Positions 47,122 to 58,700 of a stretch of DNA of 64,000 nt are shown piece by piece; within the stretch, counting starts at the first letter, position 1; every line of letters starts with the position of its first letter. The notes beneath the pieces were generated by a model that was not told the DNA's origin, did not search any database, and saw only the letters and a list, made by a program, of their open reading frames with translations. Source of the stretch: Acetobacteraceae bacterium (lineage in GTDB: Bacteria; Pseudomonadota; Alphaproteobacteria; Acetobacterales; Acetobacteraceae). The position numbers and the translations under genes are program-made. Location: positions 2,042,590 through 2,106,589 of the forward strand of contig OZ241182.1 of NCBI GenBank assembly GCA_965199595.1, written 5' to 3'.

Positions 47122-48519
47122 CTATGCAGCGCCGCGGTCCTCGGAATTCACTCCGAGCTGCTTCAGCTTCCGGTGCAGTGCGCTCCGCTCCATGCCCACA
47201 AACCCGGCAGTGCGGCTGATGTTGCCGCCGAACCGCATGAGCTGGGCCTGAAGGTACTGCGTCTCGAACAAGTCCCGCGCATCCCGCAGCGGCAAGGCCA
47301 TCAGATCCGCCGAGGGATCTGACCCGAGCAGCGCCGGTGCCCCATGGCTGATCTCGACCGGGAGCATCTCGGCCCGGATCACATCCGCCTGGGTGCCGGG
47401 CGCCATGATGAGCAGCCAGTCCATCAGGTTGCGCAACTGGCGCACATTGCCCGGCCAGTCATAGGCCTGCAACGCCGTCAACGCGTCGGTCGAGAGTTCG
47501 CGGCCTGGAATCCCGGACGTCTCCGCCGACCGTTCCAGGAAATGCCGCGCGAGGTCGGGCACATCCTCGCGCCGCTCCCGCAGCGACGGCATCTTGATGG
47601 GCACGACGGCAAGCCGGTAATACAGGTCCTCTCGGAACCGGCCGGAGGCGATCTCGCCTTGAAGGTCGCGGTTGGTGGTGGCAAGCACCCGCACATCGAC
47701 CTTCACACGCTGGGACCCGCCCACGCGCTCGAACGTCTGGTCCTGCAAGGCGCGGACGATCTTGCCTTGCGTCTCCAGCGGCATGTCCGACACCTCGTCC
47801 AGCAGCAGCGTGCCGCCATGCGCGCGTTCCAGCACGCCGGCCCGGCGCGGTGACACGGTTGTGTCCGCCCCGGCCTCGATGCCGAACAGCTCCTCCTCGA
47901 ACCGTGCCGGGTTCAGGGTCGCGCAGTTCAGCGCCACGAACGGCCCCTCGGCCCTGCGGGAACGCTCATGCACCATGCGCGCCGCCACTTCCTTGCCGGA
48001 GCCGGCTGGTCCGCTGATCAGCACGCGGGAGCCGGTGGGCGCCACCCGCTCCACGGCGCCGCGCAGCCCGACGATGGCCGGGCTGTTGCCGGTCAGCTCC
48101 GAGTCGAAGCCCGCGCGCAGGCGCAGCTCGGCGTTCTCCCGCGACAGCCGCGCCGCCTCCAGGGCCCGGCGCACGATCAGGATCAGGCGGTCGGACTTGA
48201 ACGGCTTTTCAATGAAGTCATAGGCGCCATGCTGGATCGCCGTGACAGCGGTCTCGATGGTGCCATGGCCCGAGATCATGACCACCGGGACATGCGGCTC
48301 CTCGTTGTGGATCACCTGCAGGATCCCGAGCCCGTCGAGCTTCGAGCCTTGCAGCCACACGTCGAGGATGACCAGCGAAGGCCGCCGCATGCGGAAGGCG
48401 GCAACCGCGGCATCGCTGTCGCCCGCCTGACGCACCGCGTAGCCTTCGTCTTCCAGCACGCCCTCGATCAGCATCCTGATATCGGGCTCGTCGTCGACGA
48501 TGAGGATTTCCTGCGCCAT
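47122..48519 (-). CDS. ntrX: Two-component response regulator NtrX (receiver + AAA+ + HTH)
   Basis: ILIVDDEPDIR receiver, GPAGSGKE Walker A, position after ntrY. Confidence 0.9.
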   Translation of the reverse strand: MAQEILIVDDEPDIRMLIEGVLEDEGYAVRQAGDSDAAVAAFRMRRPSLVILDVWLQGSKLDGLGILQVIHNEEPHVPVVMISGHGTIETAVTAIQHGAYDFIEKPFKSDRLILIVRRALEAARLSRENAELRLRAGFDSELTGNSPAIVGLRGAVERVAPTGSRVLISGPAGSGKEVAARMVHERSRRAEGPFVALNCATLNPARFEEELFGIEAGADTTVSPRRAGVLERAHGGTLLLDEVSDMPLETQGKIVRALQDQTFERVGGSQRVKVDVRVLATTNRDLQGEIASGRFREDLYYRLAVVPIKMPSLRERREDVPDLARHFLERSAETSGIPGRELSTDALTALQAYDWPGNVRQLRNLMDWLLIMAPGTQADVIRAEMLPVEISHGAPALLGSDPSADLMALPLRDARDLFETQYLQAQLMRFGGNISRTAGFVGMERSALHRKLKQLGVNSEDRGAA

Positions 48520-48529
48520 TGGGTCCTGA

Positions 48530-50764
48530 TTAAGCCTCTATCAGGCCGGGCACAATCAGGGGCAGCGCCAAGGTCGCCACGGCCCCGGGTCCATCGGCAC
48601 GGTCATCCAGCTCCAGCTGTCCCCCATGGTCCTCCATGATCTTCTTCACGATCGCGAGGCCAAGGCCGGTGCCCTTCACCTTGTGGGTCACATAGGGCTC
48701 CGTAAGCCGCGCCCGATCCGCCTGCGGCAGGCCGATCCCGTCATCGGCAACCTGCACCAGCACCATGCCGTTCTCCACGGCCACGCGGATGCCGATGCGC
48801 CCCACCGGCTCAGTCGGGCTGCGGCTGCGCATCGCCACCGCGTCGGCGGCGTTCTGCAACAGGTTGGTAAGCGCCTGCCCGATCAGCCGGCGGTCGCACT
48901 CCGCCCGCGGGCCGCGCTCCGGGATTTCGGTGGTCCACTCGATCTCCGGCCGGGCGGCGCGTTGCAGGATCAGCGCCTCCCGTGCGACCCGGCCCACATC
49001 CTCGGGGCGCATCACCGGTTGCGGCATCCGGGCGAAGGCGGAGAACTCGTCCACCATGCGCCCGATATCGCCCACATGCCGCACGATCGTATCGGCTAGC
49101 TGGGCGAAGGTTTCGGGATCCGAACTGATCTCCCGCGTGAAGCGCCGCTTCAGCCGCTCGGCGCTGAGCATAATCGGGGTGAGCGGGTTCTTGATCTCGT
49201 GGGCGATGCGCCGGGCCACGTCGGCCCAGGCGGCCTTGCGCTGGGCGGACTGCAACTCGGTGATGTCGTCGAAGGTCACCACATAGCCACCCAGGCGCCC
49301 GCCGCGATAATCCGAGCCGATGCGGACCAGCAGGTTCCGCCGCCGCTGGTTCGGCCCAGACTCGACCTCCGCCGTGCGCGGCCGTTCCGGGCTGGCGGCC
49401 ACCGCGGCGAGCAGCGCGGCGAATTCCGGCACCGCCTCAGCCAGGCCATGACCGATAAACGACACCAGGTCCATGCCAAGCAATTCACTGGCCGCGCTGT
49501 TCGGCAGCTCGATGTGCCCCTCGGCATCCAGCCCGATCACCCCGGCGGACACCCCCGCCAGCACGGTCTCGGTGAACCGCCGCCGCTCATCGATCTGGCT
49601 GTAGGCATCCATCAGCTCGGTCCGCTGTGCGCCAAGCTGGCCCGTCATGCGGTTGAAGGCGCGCGACAGGCCGGCCACCTCGTCCTGGCTGTTGATCTCG
49701 GGCACCCGCACGCCCAGGTCTCCGGCGCGCACCCGCTCCGCCGCCAGGATCAGCCGGCCGATCGGCCGCGCGATCTGGTTCGCCAGCACCAACCCGAGCA
49801 GCACCGCCGCCGACAGCACCAGCAAGGCGACCAGGGCGAAGATCAGCGCAAAGGTGACCTGCAGCCCGGACCGGTTCTCATCCAGCCGACGGTACTCCGC
49901 CACCGCCTGTTCGGTACGGGACATATGGCCCAGGATCTCCGGATCGACGTCCCGCTCGATCAGCAGCATCAGCGCCGGCGTCGCGTTCAGCTGCACCACC
50001 GCCCGGACCCGGTTGCCGTCCGGGCTGGCGATCACCGCGACCTCGCCGCTGCGGGCAAGTTCCGTGGCCTCCGCCGGGGCCGGCTCCACCCCGTAGCCGG
50101 ACATGGCCCCTACCCCGGCCACCACCTGGTTGGTGACCGGTTCATAGATGATGGCGGCGTTCAGCCCCTTCAGCGCCGTCTGCGTCTGCAGGATCTGCCC
50201 GAATGCCACGGGATCATTGGCCAGCACCTGTCCAGCCCGGGACAGGGCGTCCGCCATCTGCAAGGCATCGGCGCGGATGTTGTTGCGGTGCTCCTCCAGA
50301 TAACCCTGCGACGCCTCCAGCCCCTCATTCAACGCGGTGCGAACGCGGTCGTTGAACCAGGCCTGGATGCCCAGGTTGAAGAACACCGTCGCGAACACCG
50401 CCACCACGATGGTGGGCGTGACGGCCACGACGCTGAACAGCACCACCAGCCGCACATGCAGCCGTGACCCGGCCGAGCCCCGCCGCCGCTCCATCCATAC
50501 CCGCGTCACCCGCCCGGCCAGCACCGCGCCCAGCAGCAGCAGCACCACCAGGTTGGACAGCACCATGCCAAAGATCAGGTTCGGCCGCGCCGACAGCTCG
50601 ATGCCGCCCGACAATGCGACGAAGGTGCCGACACCCAGCGCCAGCGCGATGGCCGCCAGCACCAGCGTCATCACCTTGCCCAGCAGCAAGCCGGACACCC
50701 GGCGCCGCCAGGATGACCTGCCACCCGGGCGCTGCAACGCGCGCCGGTCGATGCCGACGTTCAA
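48530..50764 (-). CDS. ntrY: Sensor histidine kinase NtrY (TM-HAMP-PAS-HisKA-HATPase)
   Basis: H-box HEIKNPLTPI and N-terminal TM segments; TTG start 10 nt after the ntrC stop. Confidence 0.9.
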   Translation of the reverse strand: MNVGIDRRALQRPGGRSSWRRRVSGLLLGKVMTLVLAAIALALGVGTFVALSGGIELSARPNLIFGMVLSNLVVLLLLGAVLAGRVTRVWMERRRGSAGSRLHVRLVVLFSVVAVTPTIVVAVFATVFFNLGIQAWFNDRVRTALNEGLEASQGYLEEHRNNIRADALQMADALSRAGQVLANDPVAFGQILQTQTALKGLNAAIIYEPVTNQVVAGVGAMSGYGVEPAPAEATELARSGEVAVIASPDGNRVRAVVQLNATPALMLLIERDVDPEILGHMSRTEQAVAEYRRLDENRSGLQVTFALIFALVALLVLSAAVLLGLVLANQIARPIGRLILAAERVRAGDLGVRVPEINSQDEVAGLSRAFNRMTGQLGAQRTELMDAYSQIDERRRFTETVLAGVSAGVIGLDAEGHIELPNSAASELLGMDLVSFIGHGLAEAVPEFAALLAAVAASPERPRTAEVESGPNQRRRNLLVRIGSDYRGGRLGGYVVTFDDITELQSAQRKAAWADVARRIAHEIKNPLTPIMLSAERLKRRFTREISSDPETFAQLADTIVRHVGDIGRMVDEFSAFARMPQPVMRPEDVGRVAREALILQRAARPEIEWTTEIPERGPRAECDRRLIGQALTNLLQNAADAVAMRSRSPTEPVGRIGIRVAVENGMVLVQVADDGIGLPQADRARLTEPYVTHKVKGTGLGLAIVKKIMEDHGGQLELDDRADGPGAVATLALPLIVPGLIEA

Positions 50765-50773
50765 GCGCCCGGC

Positions 50774-52225
<1,452 letters not shown>

Positions 52226-52235
52226 GGGATCACTT

Positions 52236-53393
52236 TCACGAGGCGTCGGCCTCAGCCTCGGTCATCACCGGCAGGCACAGGCGGAACTCGGTGCGTCCGG
52301 GGCGGCTGTCCACCTCGATCAGGCCGTCATGGTCGCCCACGATCTTGGCGACCAAGGCAAGCCCCAGGCCGCTGCCGGCTGGCTTGCTGCTGACGAAGGG
52401 CTCGAACAGGTACTGCCGGATATCCTCGTTGATGCCGGGCCCGTTATCCCGCACCGTCACAACCAGCGGCAGGTGCTGCCGCTGCGGGCTGCCGGGCACC
52501 GCGAGCCGCAGTCCATGCTGATATGCCGTGGTCAGGGTGATCTCACCACCGCCGCGTTCCATCATGTTCTGATCGGATTCAATGGACTCGGCGGCGTTCT
52601 TCACCAAATTGAGCAGCACCTGCACCAGCTGGTCCCGGTTGGCCCAGGCTGGCGGCAGGGAGGGGTCGTAGGTCTCGGTAAGGCGGATCTGCCGGGCCAC
52701 GCCCGTCTGCGCCAGGCGCCGCACGTGCTCCAGCACGCGATGGATGTTCACCGGCCGGCGCTCGATCGGCTGCTCGTCGAACACCTCCATGCGGTCCACC
52801 AGATCGCGGATGCGGTCCGCCTCATCGCGGATCAGCACCGTCAGCTCGCGGTCCGCATCGCTGACGCTGGCCTCAAGCAGCTGGGCCGCACCGCGAATGC
52901 CGGAGAGCGGGTTCTTGACCTCGTGCGCCAGGATCGCCGACATGCCGGTGACACTGCGCGCCGCGCCGCGAAACGCCATCTTGCGGTCGAAGGTGCGGAT
53001 GGCGGAGGCATCCTGCAGCGTCAGCAGCAGCTGACCCGGCTCCTCCGTCACGGGTGCGACGTGCACGGTGATGCCGCGCTTGCGCAGCCGGGGGCTCTCC
53101 AGCGTCACGTCGTAGTCGGTCATGGTGGTGCCATGCGTCCGTGCCGCCTGCAGCAGGGAGAACAGCGGATGGTCCGCCGGCAGCAGCGCACCGAGGGTCA
53201 TCTGCCCCAGCTGCAGCATGGAAAGTCCGAGGAACTCCTCCGCCGCCTGGTTGGCGTAGCGAAACTGGTTCAAGGGATCGAGCAGGATGGTCGGCACCGG
53301 CAGCGCACCCAGCAGCGCCATGCCATCGAGCGCCGGCGGCCGGTGCAGACGCTCCACGATGGCGAGCCGGCCCCGGGCCAGAGCGCCCTTCAT
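52236..53393 (-). CDS. ntrB: Nitrogen regulation sensor kinase NtrB
   Basis: PAS followed by H-box [17 protein letters not shown]; ATGA overlap with dusB. Confidence 0.9.
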   Translation of the reverse strand: MKGALARGRLAIVERLHRPPALDGMALLGALPVPTILLDPLNQFRYANQAAEEFLGLSMLQLGQMTLGALLPADHPLFSLLQAARTHGTTMTDYDVTLESPRLRKRGITVHVAPVTEEPGQLLLTLQDASAIRTFDRKMAFRGAARSVTGMSAILAHEVKNPLSGIRGAAQLLEASVSDADRELTVLIRDEADRIRDLVDRMEVFDEQPIERRPVNIHRVLEHVRRLAQTGVARQIRLTETYDPSLPPAWANRDQLVQVLLNLVKNAAESIESDQNMMERGGGEITLTTAYQHGLRLAVPGSPQRQHLPLVVTVRDNGPGINEDIRQYLFEPFVSSKPAGSGLGLALVAKIVGDHDGLIEVDSRPGRTEFRLCLPVMTEAEADAS

Positions 53394-54442
53394 GCGGCGA
53401 TCTGCTCAGTCGACCGTGTCGCCCCGGCTGCGATCAGCGGGTCATAGAAGCCGTCGATCAGCGCCCGGACGCCATCGGCAGTCGGGATATGGTTCATCGC
53501 GGCGCGGAACTCGGCTGACCCATAGAGCCCGCGCGAATACCAGGAGACGTGCTTGCGGGCGACGCGCACCCCGGCCGCCTCTCCGCAATGCACCAGCATC
53601 GCTTCGTAGTGCTCGCACAGGATCTGCTTCTGCGCGGCGAGGCCAGGCTCGGCCTGCCTCTGCCCCGTGGTCAGGAACGCCGCGACCTGCGCCGGGAACC
53701 ATGGACGGCCATAGCAGCCGCGGCCGATCATCACGCCATCCGCCCCGGACTGAACCAGCGCCGCCAAGGCATCATCCTCGGTCAGGATGTCGCCGTTCGC
53801 GATGACCGGGATGCCGACTGCCGCCTTAACGGACGCGATGAAGCGCCAGTCCGCGGTGCCGGTGTAGAACTGCTGCCGGGTGCGCCCATGCACCGTCACC
53901 ATCTGGATGCCGCACTGCTCGGCGATCCGCGCGAGGTTCGGTGCATTCAGGTTCGCGTGGTCCCACCCCATGCGCATCTTCAGCGTCACCGGCACCGGCA
54001 CCGCCTTCACGGTGGCTTCCAGCAGCCGTGCCGCCAGGATCTCGTCCCGCATCAGCGCCGACCCGGCGGCCTGTCCCACCGCCACCTTCTTCACCGGGCA
54101 GCCGAAATTGATATCGACCAGGTTGGCCCCATGCGCCACGGCAATGCGAGCAGCCTCCGCCATGGCCGCGGGCTCGCACCCGGCAAGCTGCACCGCCGCC
54201 GGGCCGCCGCTGCCATCCACCTCCGCCATGCGCAGCGTGGTGCGGTTCTCGCGCACCATGGCCCAGGAGGCGATCATCTCCGACACCACCAGCCCGGCGC
54301 CATGGCGCTTCGCCAACCGCCGGAACGGCAGGTCGGTCACGCCCGACATCGGTGCCAGGATCACCGGCATCTCCAGCCGCACAGCCGCTGGGCCCGTGCC
54401 CAGGACAACCGGACGGAGACGCCTCTCTGGTTCATTGCTCAT
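53390..54442 (-). CDS. dusB: tRNA-dihydrouridine synthase B (NifR3)
   Basis: [14 protein letters not shown] and FMN-binding TIM barrel motifs. ATG 54442 is preferred over ORF-track 54481. Confidence 0.9.
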   Translation of the reverse strand: MSNEPERRLRPVVLGTGPAAVRLEMPVILAPMSGVTDLPFRRLAKRHGAGLVVSEMIASWAMVRENRTTLRMAEVDGSGGPAAVQLAGCEPAAMAEAARIAVAHGANLVDINFGCPVKKVAVGQAAGSALMRDEILAARLLEATVKAVPVPVTLKMRMGWDHANLNAPNLARIAEQCGIQMVTVHGRTRQQFYTGTADWRFIASVKAAVGIPVIANGDILTEDDALAALVQSGADGVMIGRGCYGRPWFPAQVAAFLTTGQRQAEPGLAAQKQILCEHYEAMLVHCGEAAGVRVARKHVSWYSRGLYGSAEFRAAMNHIPTADGVRALIDGFYDPLIAAGATRSTEQIAA

Positions 54443-54563
54443 GATTTGGGCAGTTTTACCGGATGGCGCGCGTGCGTGCAACGTTCCGTGTCATGCGCCG
54501 GCAAAGCGGCGAATGCTTCACACCGGGTTGACGCTGGCCGGGTGCGGCCGCATTGCTGCGCCC

Positions 54564-55697
54564 ATGCGTCTCGCTGCCCTCCTCGTCGCCGCCGGCTCCG
54601 GAACCCGTTTCGGGCCGGGCCATCCGAAGCAGTTCGTCACCCTCGCGGGCAAGCCGGTGCTCCGATGGGCCGCCGAGGCCCTGGCGCAGCAGGTCGACCT
54701 GGTGCAGCCCGTGGGAGACCCGGCCCTGCTCACCCCCGTGCTGGCCGGCCTCGTTGGCGTCGCCACGCCGGTGCCGGGCGGCAGCACACGCCAGGAGAGC
54801 GTGCGGCTGGGCCTCAAGGCACTGGCGGCCGTCGCGCCGGACATCGTGCTGGTGCATGACGCCGCCCGGCCGATGATCCCCGCGGGCACCATCGCCGCCC
54901 TGCTGGCCGCGCTGGAAACAGCGCCCGGTGCCATACCCGCCATGCCGGTGGCCGACACCCTGAAACGCGCCACCAACGGCGTGATCGCAACCACGGTGCC
55001 GCGGGACGGCCTGTTCCGCGCCCAAACCCCGCAGGCCTTCCGCTTCGATCTCCTGCTGGCCCTGCACCGCGCCGCCGCCCCGGGCGCCACGGATGATGCC
55101 GCCCTGCTTGAAGCCGCGGGCCATGCCGTGGCGCTGGTGCCGGGCTCCGACGACAATATCAAGCTGACCTACCCGGAGGATCTGGTGCGACTGGAACGTG
55201 TCGTCTCGCCCACCCTGTTCCCCCGCACCGGCACTGGGTTCGACGTGCATGTGCTCGTGGAAGGGCGGCCGCTCATCATCTGCGGCATCACCGTGCCGCA
55301 CGAGAAGGGCCTGGCCGGGCATTCGGACGCGGATGTGGGCATCCATGCGTTGTGTGACGCCATATACGGAGCCTTGGCCGAGGGCGACATCGGGCGGCAT
55401 TTCCCTCCCAGCGAAGCGACCTGGAAGGATGCCGACAGCGCCCGGTTCCTACGCCATGCCGCCGAGCGCATCGCGGCCCGCGGCGGACGGTTGAGCAATG
55501 TGGACGTGACGCTGATCTGCGAGCGCCCGAAGATCACCCCCTACGCCCCGGCCATGATCGCGCGCCTGGCAGAGCTGCTGGGCGTCGAGATTGGCCGGGT
55601 CTCCGTCAAGGCGACGACGACGGAGCGGCTGGGCTTTCCCGGACGCGGCGAGGGCATTGCGGCCCAGGCCGTGGCGACGGTGCTGCTGCCCGACTGA
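54564..55697 (+). CDS. ispDF: Bifunctional MEP cytidylyltransferase / MEcPP synthase IspDF
   Basis: IspD motif VAAGSGTRFG; IspF motifs GFDVHVL and GHSDADV. ATG 54564 lies in frame within ORF 53880..55697. Confidence 0.95.
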   Translation: MRLAALLVAAGSGTRFGPGHPKQFVTLAGKPVLRWAAEALAQQVDLVQPVGDPALLTPVLAGLVGVATPVPGGSTRQESVRLGLKALAAVAPDIVLVHDAARPMIPAGTIAALLAALETAPGAIPAMPVADTLKRATNGVIATTVPRDGLFRAQTPQAFRFDLLLALHRAAAPGATDDAALLEAAGHAVALVPGSDDNIKLTYPEDLVRLERVVSPTLFPRTGTGFDVHVLVEGRPLIICGITVPHEKGLAGHSDADVGIHALCDAIYGALAEGDIGRHFPPSEATWKDADSARFLRHAAERIAARGGRLSNVDVTLICERPKITPYAPAMIARLAELLGVEIGRVSVKATTTERLGFPGRGEGIAAQAVATVLLPD

Positions 55698-55706
55698 TCC
55701 CCCCGA

Positions 55707-58700
55707 TCAGGCCGCCGGTTTGTTCGGCACATAGGCCGTGGCGACGGTGTTGCCGAACACCCCGGGATAAAATCGTGAGCCGTCCAGCATGGCGTCCGCC
55801 GGCAGGATGGGGCTGACGGCCAGCGCGCGGTCCAGCCAGGCCTGCACGAAAGGCGTGTAGAGCACGCGCTGACCGGCCGTGGCCGCTGCCATCGCCACCT
55901 GTCCCACCAGGTGGCGCAGGGCGGAGGCCTGGTCCGGCGCCGCCTCCAGCGCCTGTTGCAGCAAGGCCGGCCGCACGAAGAAGCAGACGGAGGGCACGGC
56001 GTCGCAGGTGCGCTGGCACCAGCCCATGCCGTGATAGCCGGAGTCCGACTGGGCCCGCCCATACTCCGGCGCACCGGCCGCGCCGCCGAACCCGGCATAG
56101 CCCCCCCGCCAAGCCACCCGCCCATCGGGCAGCAGCACCTGCCCCCCCACCGCGCCGACGTCAGCCCCGATGGCGAACATGCCAAGCCCCTCGGTCAGGC
56201 AGTTCCGGCTCAGACGCTCGACCGCGGCATCCACGACGACGACGATGCGATCCTGCTCAGCCGCTTCACCAGCGGCCTCGGCCAACGTCGCGCACCATCT
56301 GACGCCCGCATCCGCCCAGAGCGCCCGCTTCACCTCCGGCAACATCGCCTCAAGGTCGCAGTTGCCATCCGCGCCGCCGACCACCATGACGACGCACTCC
56401 GCGGGCCGGGGAACGCTCGCGACATCACCGAGCAGCCGCATCGTGCGCCCCGGCAGGTCCGACGCCATCACCAGCAGCATGGAGCGCGGCACCGTCTCCG
56501 GCAGCGGCTTCAGGCGCCAGATGCCGTTATGCGGGAACAGCTCGTTCTGTACGACCTCGAACCACGCATCGGCCCCGGTCAGTTGCAGATCCTGCTGCAG
56601 CACATGCTTCTGGCTGTCGATCGTATACGGCTTCGTGCCGGTCGCCATGGAGGCGGTGGAGCCCTGGTGGATGCGCCAGTGATACAGCACCTCCGGCACA
56701 TGCTCGATGCGCGCATGGCCGCGCTTGAGGCGAAGCAGCGTGTCCCAGTCATGGCACCAGGCGGCCGCCAGGTCCGTGTAGGCGCCGACTTCGGCGGCTG
56801 CGGACCGCTTCACCGCGCAGACGTGGCAGACGTAGCAGATGTTCGAGAACAGCACCGGATCCCAGTCCGGCTTCAGGAACGGCGAATGGGTGTCGCCGCT
56901 CTCGGTGCCCTTATCCTCGTCGGAATAGACGACGTCCGGCCCGCTGGTGCGCTCGATGGCCGTCGCGAGCACGTGCAGGCAGTCGAGGGTGAGGAAGTCG
57001 TCCGCGTCGATCGGCACCACGTAGTCACCCGTGGCCGCCCGGAAGGCCGCGCCATAGCCCGCCATGATTCCCTGGTTCGTTGCCAGCCGGATGAATTGCA
57101 CGCGGGGGTCCGTTTGGATCTCCGCAAGCCACTCCAGCGTCTCCGGCAGCGTGGAGCCGTCATCGACAATGACCCACTCCCAGTTGTCATAGGTCTGGCG
57201 CGCAATCGTTTCGGCCAGGGCACGCATCTGGTCTTTCTTGTTCTGGAACACGCTCATGATAAACGAGAAGCGCACGGTGCGAGCGGTCGTGAGACCGGCC
57301 TGGCGGCGGATGATGCGGTCGAGCAGCCAGGCGCGGTAGCTGGGCGGGGCCGGACGCGCCGGGTCACGCAGTTCGAAGAAGGGCGATTGCTGCGAGAAGG
57401 TCGGGTTCCAGAACGGATCGCGCAACCCGGGATGCGAGAGCGCGAGGAGTTGCAGTTCCCAGAAATGCGTCCCGGCCTTTGACAGCGACTCGAAATGGAA
57501 CAGCGTCACATCGGGGTTGAACACGATCCGCAGGCCCTGGGCCTGCACGTTCAGGCAGAGGTCGACGTCGTTGTAGTTCACTGCCAGGCGCGGCGAGAAC
57601 CCGCCGCATCGGAAGTACACGTCACGGCGAAAGAACATGCAGGCGCCGCTGACCGCCAGCACGTTGTGCATCACCCGCAGCCGCTCCGCCGGCCCGGCCG
57701 TGAGCCGGTGTTCGCCGATCATCGCATGGGTCGGCCCCTCCGCGGACCACACCACGCCCGCATGCTGCAAGGTGCCGTTGGCATAGAGCAGGCGCCCGCC
57801 GACGATCCCGACGCCTGCGAACATCCGGCCCAGCATGGAACGGATGATGTCGGGTGACTCGGCCTGCATGTCGTCGTTCAGCAGCAGGACATGATCCCCG
57901 GCCGCCTCGCGCACGCCAAGGTTGATCTTGTCGGAGAGGTTGAACGGCGTGCCGGTGTAATGCACGAAGCGCACATGGGGGTAGTTGCCAAGGTGCAGCA
58001 GGGTGCTGGGCGTAAGATCGCCGTTGTGCACCACGACGATCTCATAATTCGAATAGCTTTCTGACCGATGCAGCGACTGGATGCAGTTCACCACCAGGTC
58101 GATCTCGGTGCCGCCGATCACGCCCGTGCGGCCCGCCGTTGGGATCACGATGCTGACCAGCGGTTCCCCCGGCGGCGGGTCCAGCACCACGGTCCAGTGC
58201 CCGGCGCCGTGCCCGGGCCGCACGCTGCCGGGCTGCCCGCGGCGCACCAGGGCGCTCTCGATGGCACGGCGCTGCAGCCCCAGGACGCCGGGCTTGGCCC
58301 CGATCGACCCGGCGGTGGAGGCCGGCGACATGCGCCATAGATACAGCGGCAGCGGCACATGCACGACGCGCCGCGCGATCTCGGACACGCGGAGCGCGAG
58401 GTCGTAATCCTGCGTGCCGTCGAACACGGAGCGGAACCCGCCGACCTGGTCGATCACGCTGCGCCGATAGGCAGTCAGGTGGCCGATATACATGGTGGAC
58501 AGCAGCAACTCGGGCGACCAGCCCGGCTTCGGAGTCAGCGAGGTGAGGCGTCCGTCTTCGGTCAGCTTGCCTTCATCCGTATAGACGACATCGACATCGG
58601 CCGCAGAGCGAAACGCCGCAGCGACGTGCAGCAGGGCATCGGGCGCGAGAATGTCGTCGTGGTCCAGAAGGGCGACAAACTCTCCATCGGTCTCCCGCAG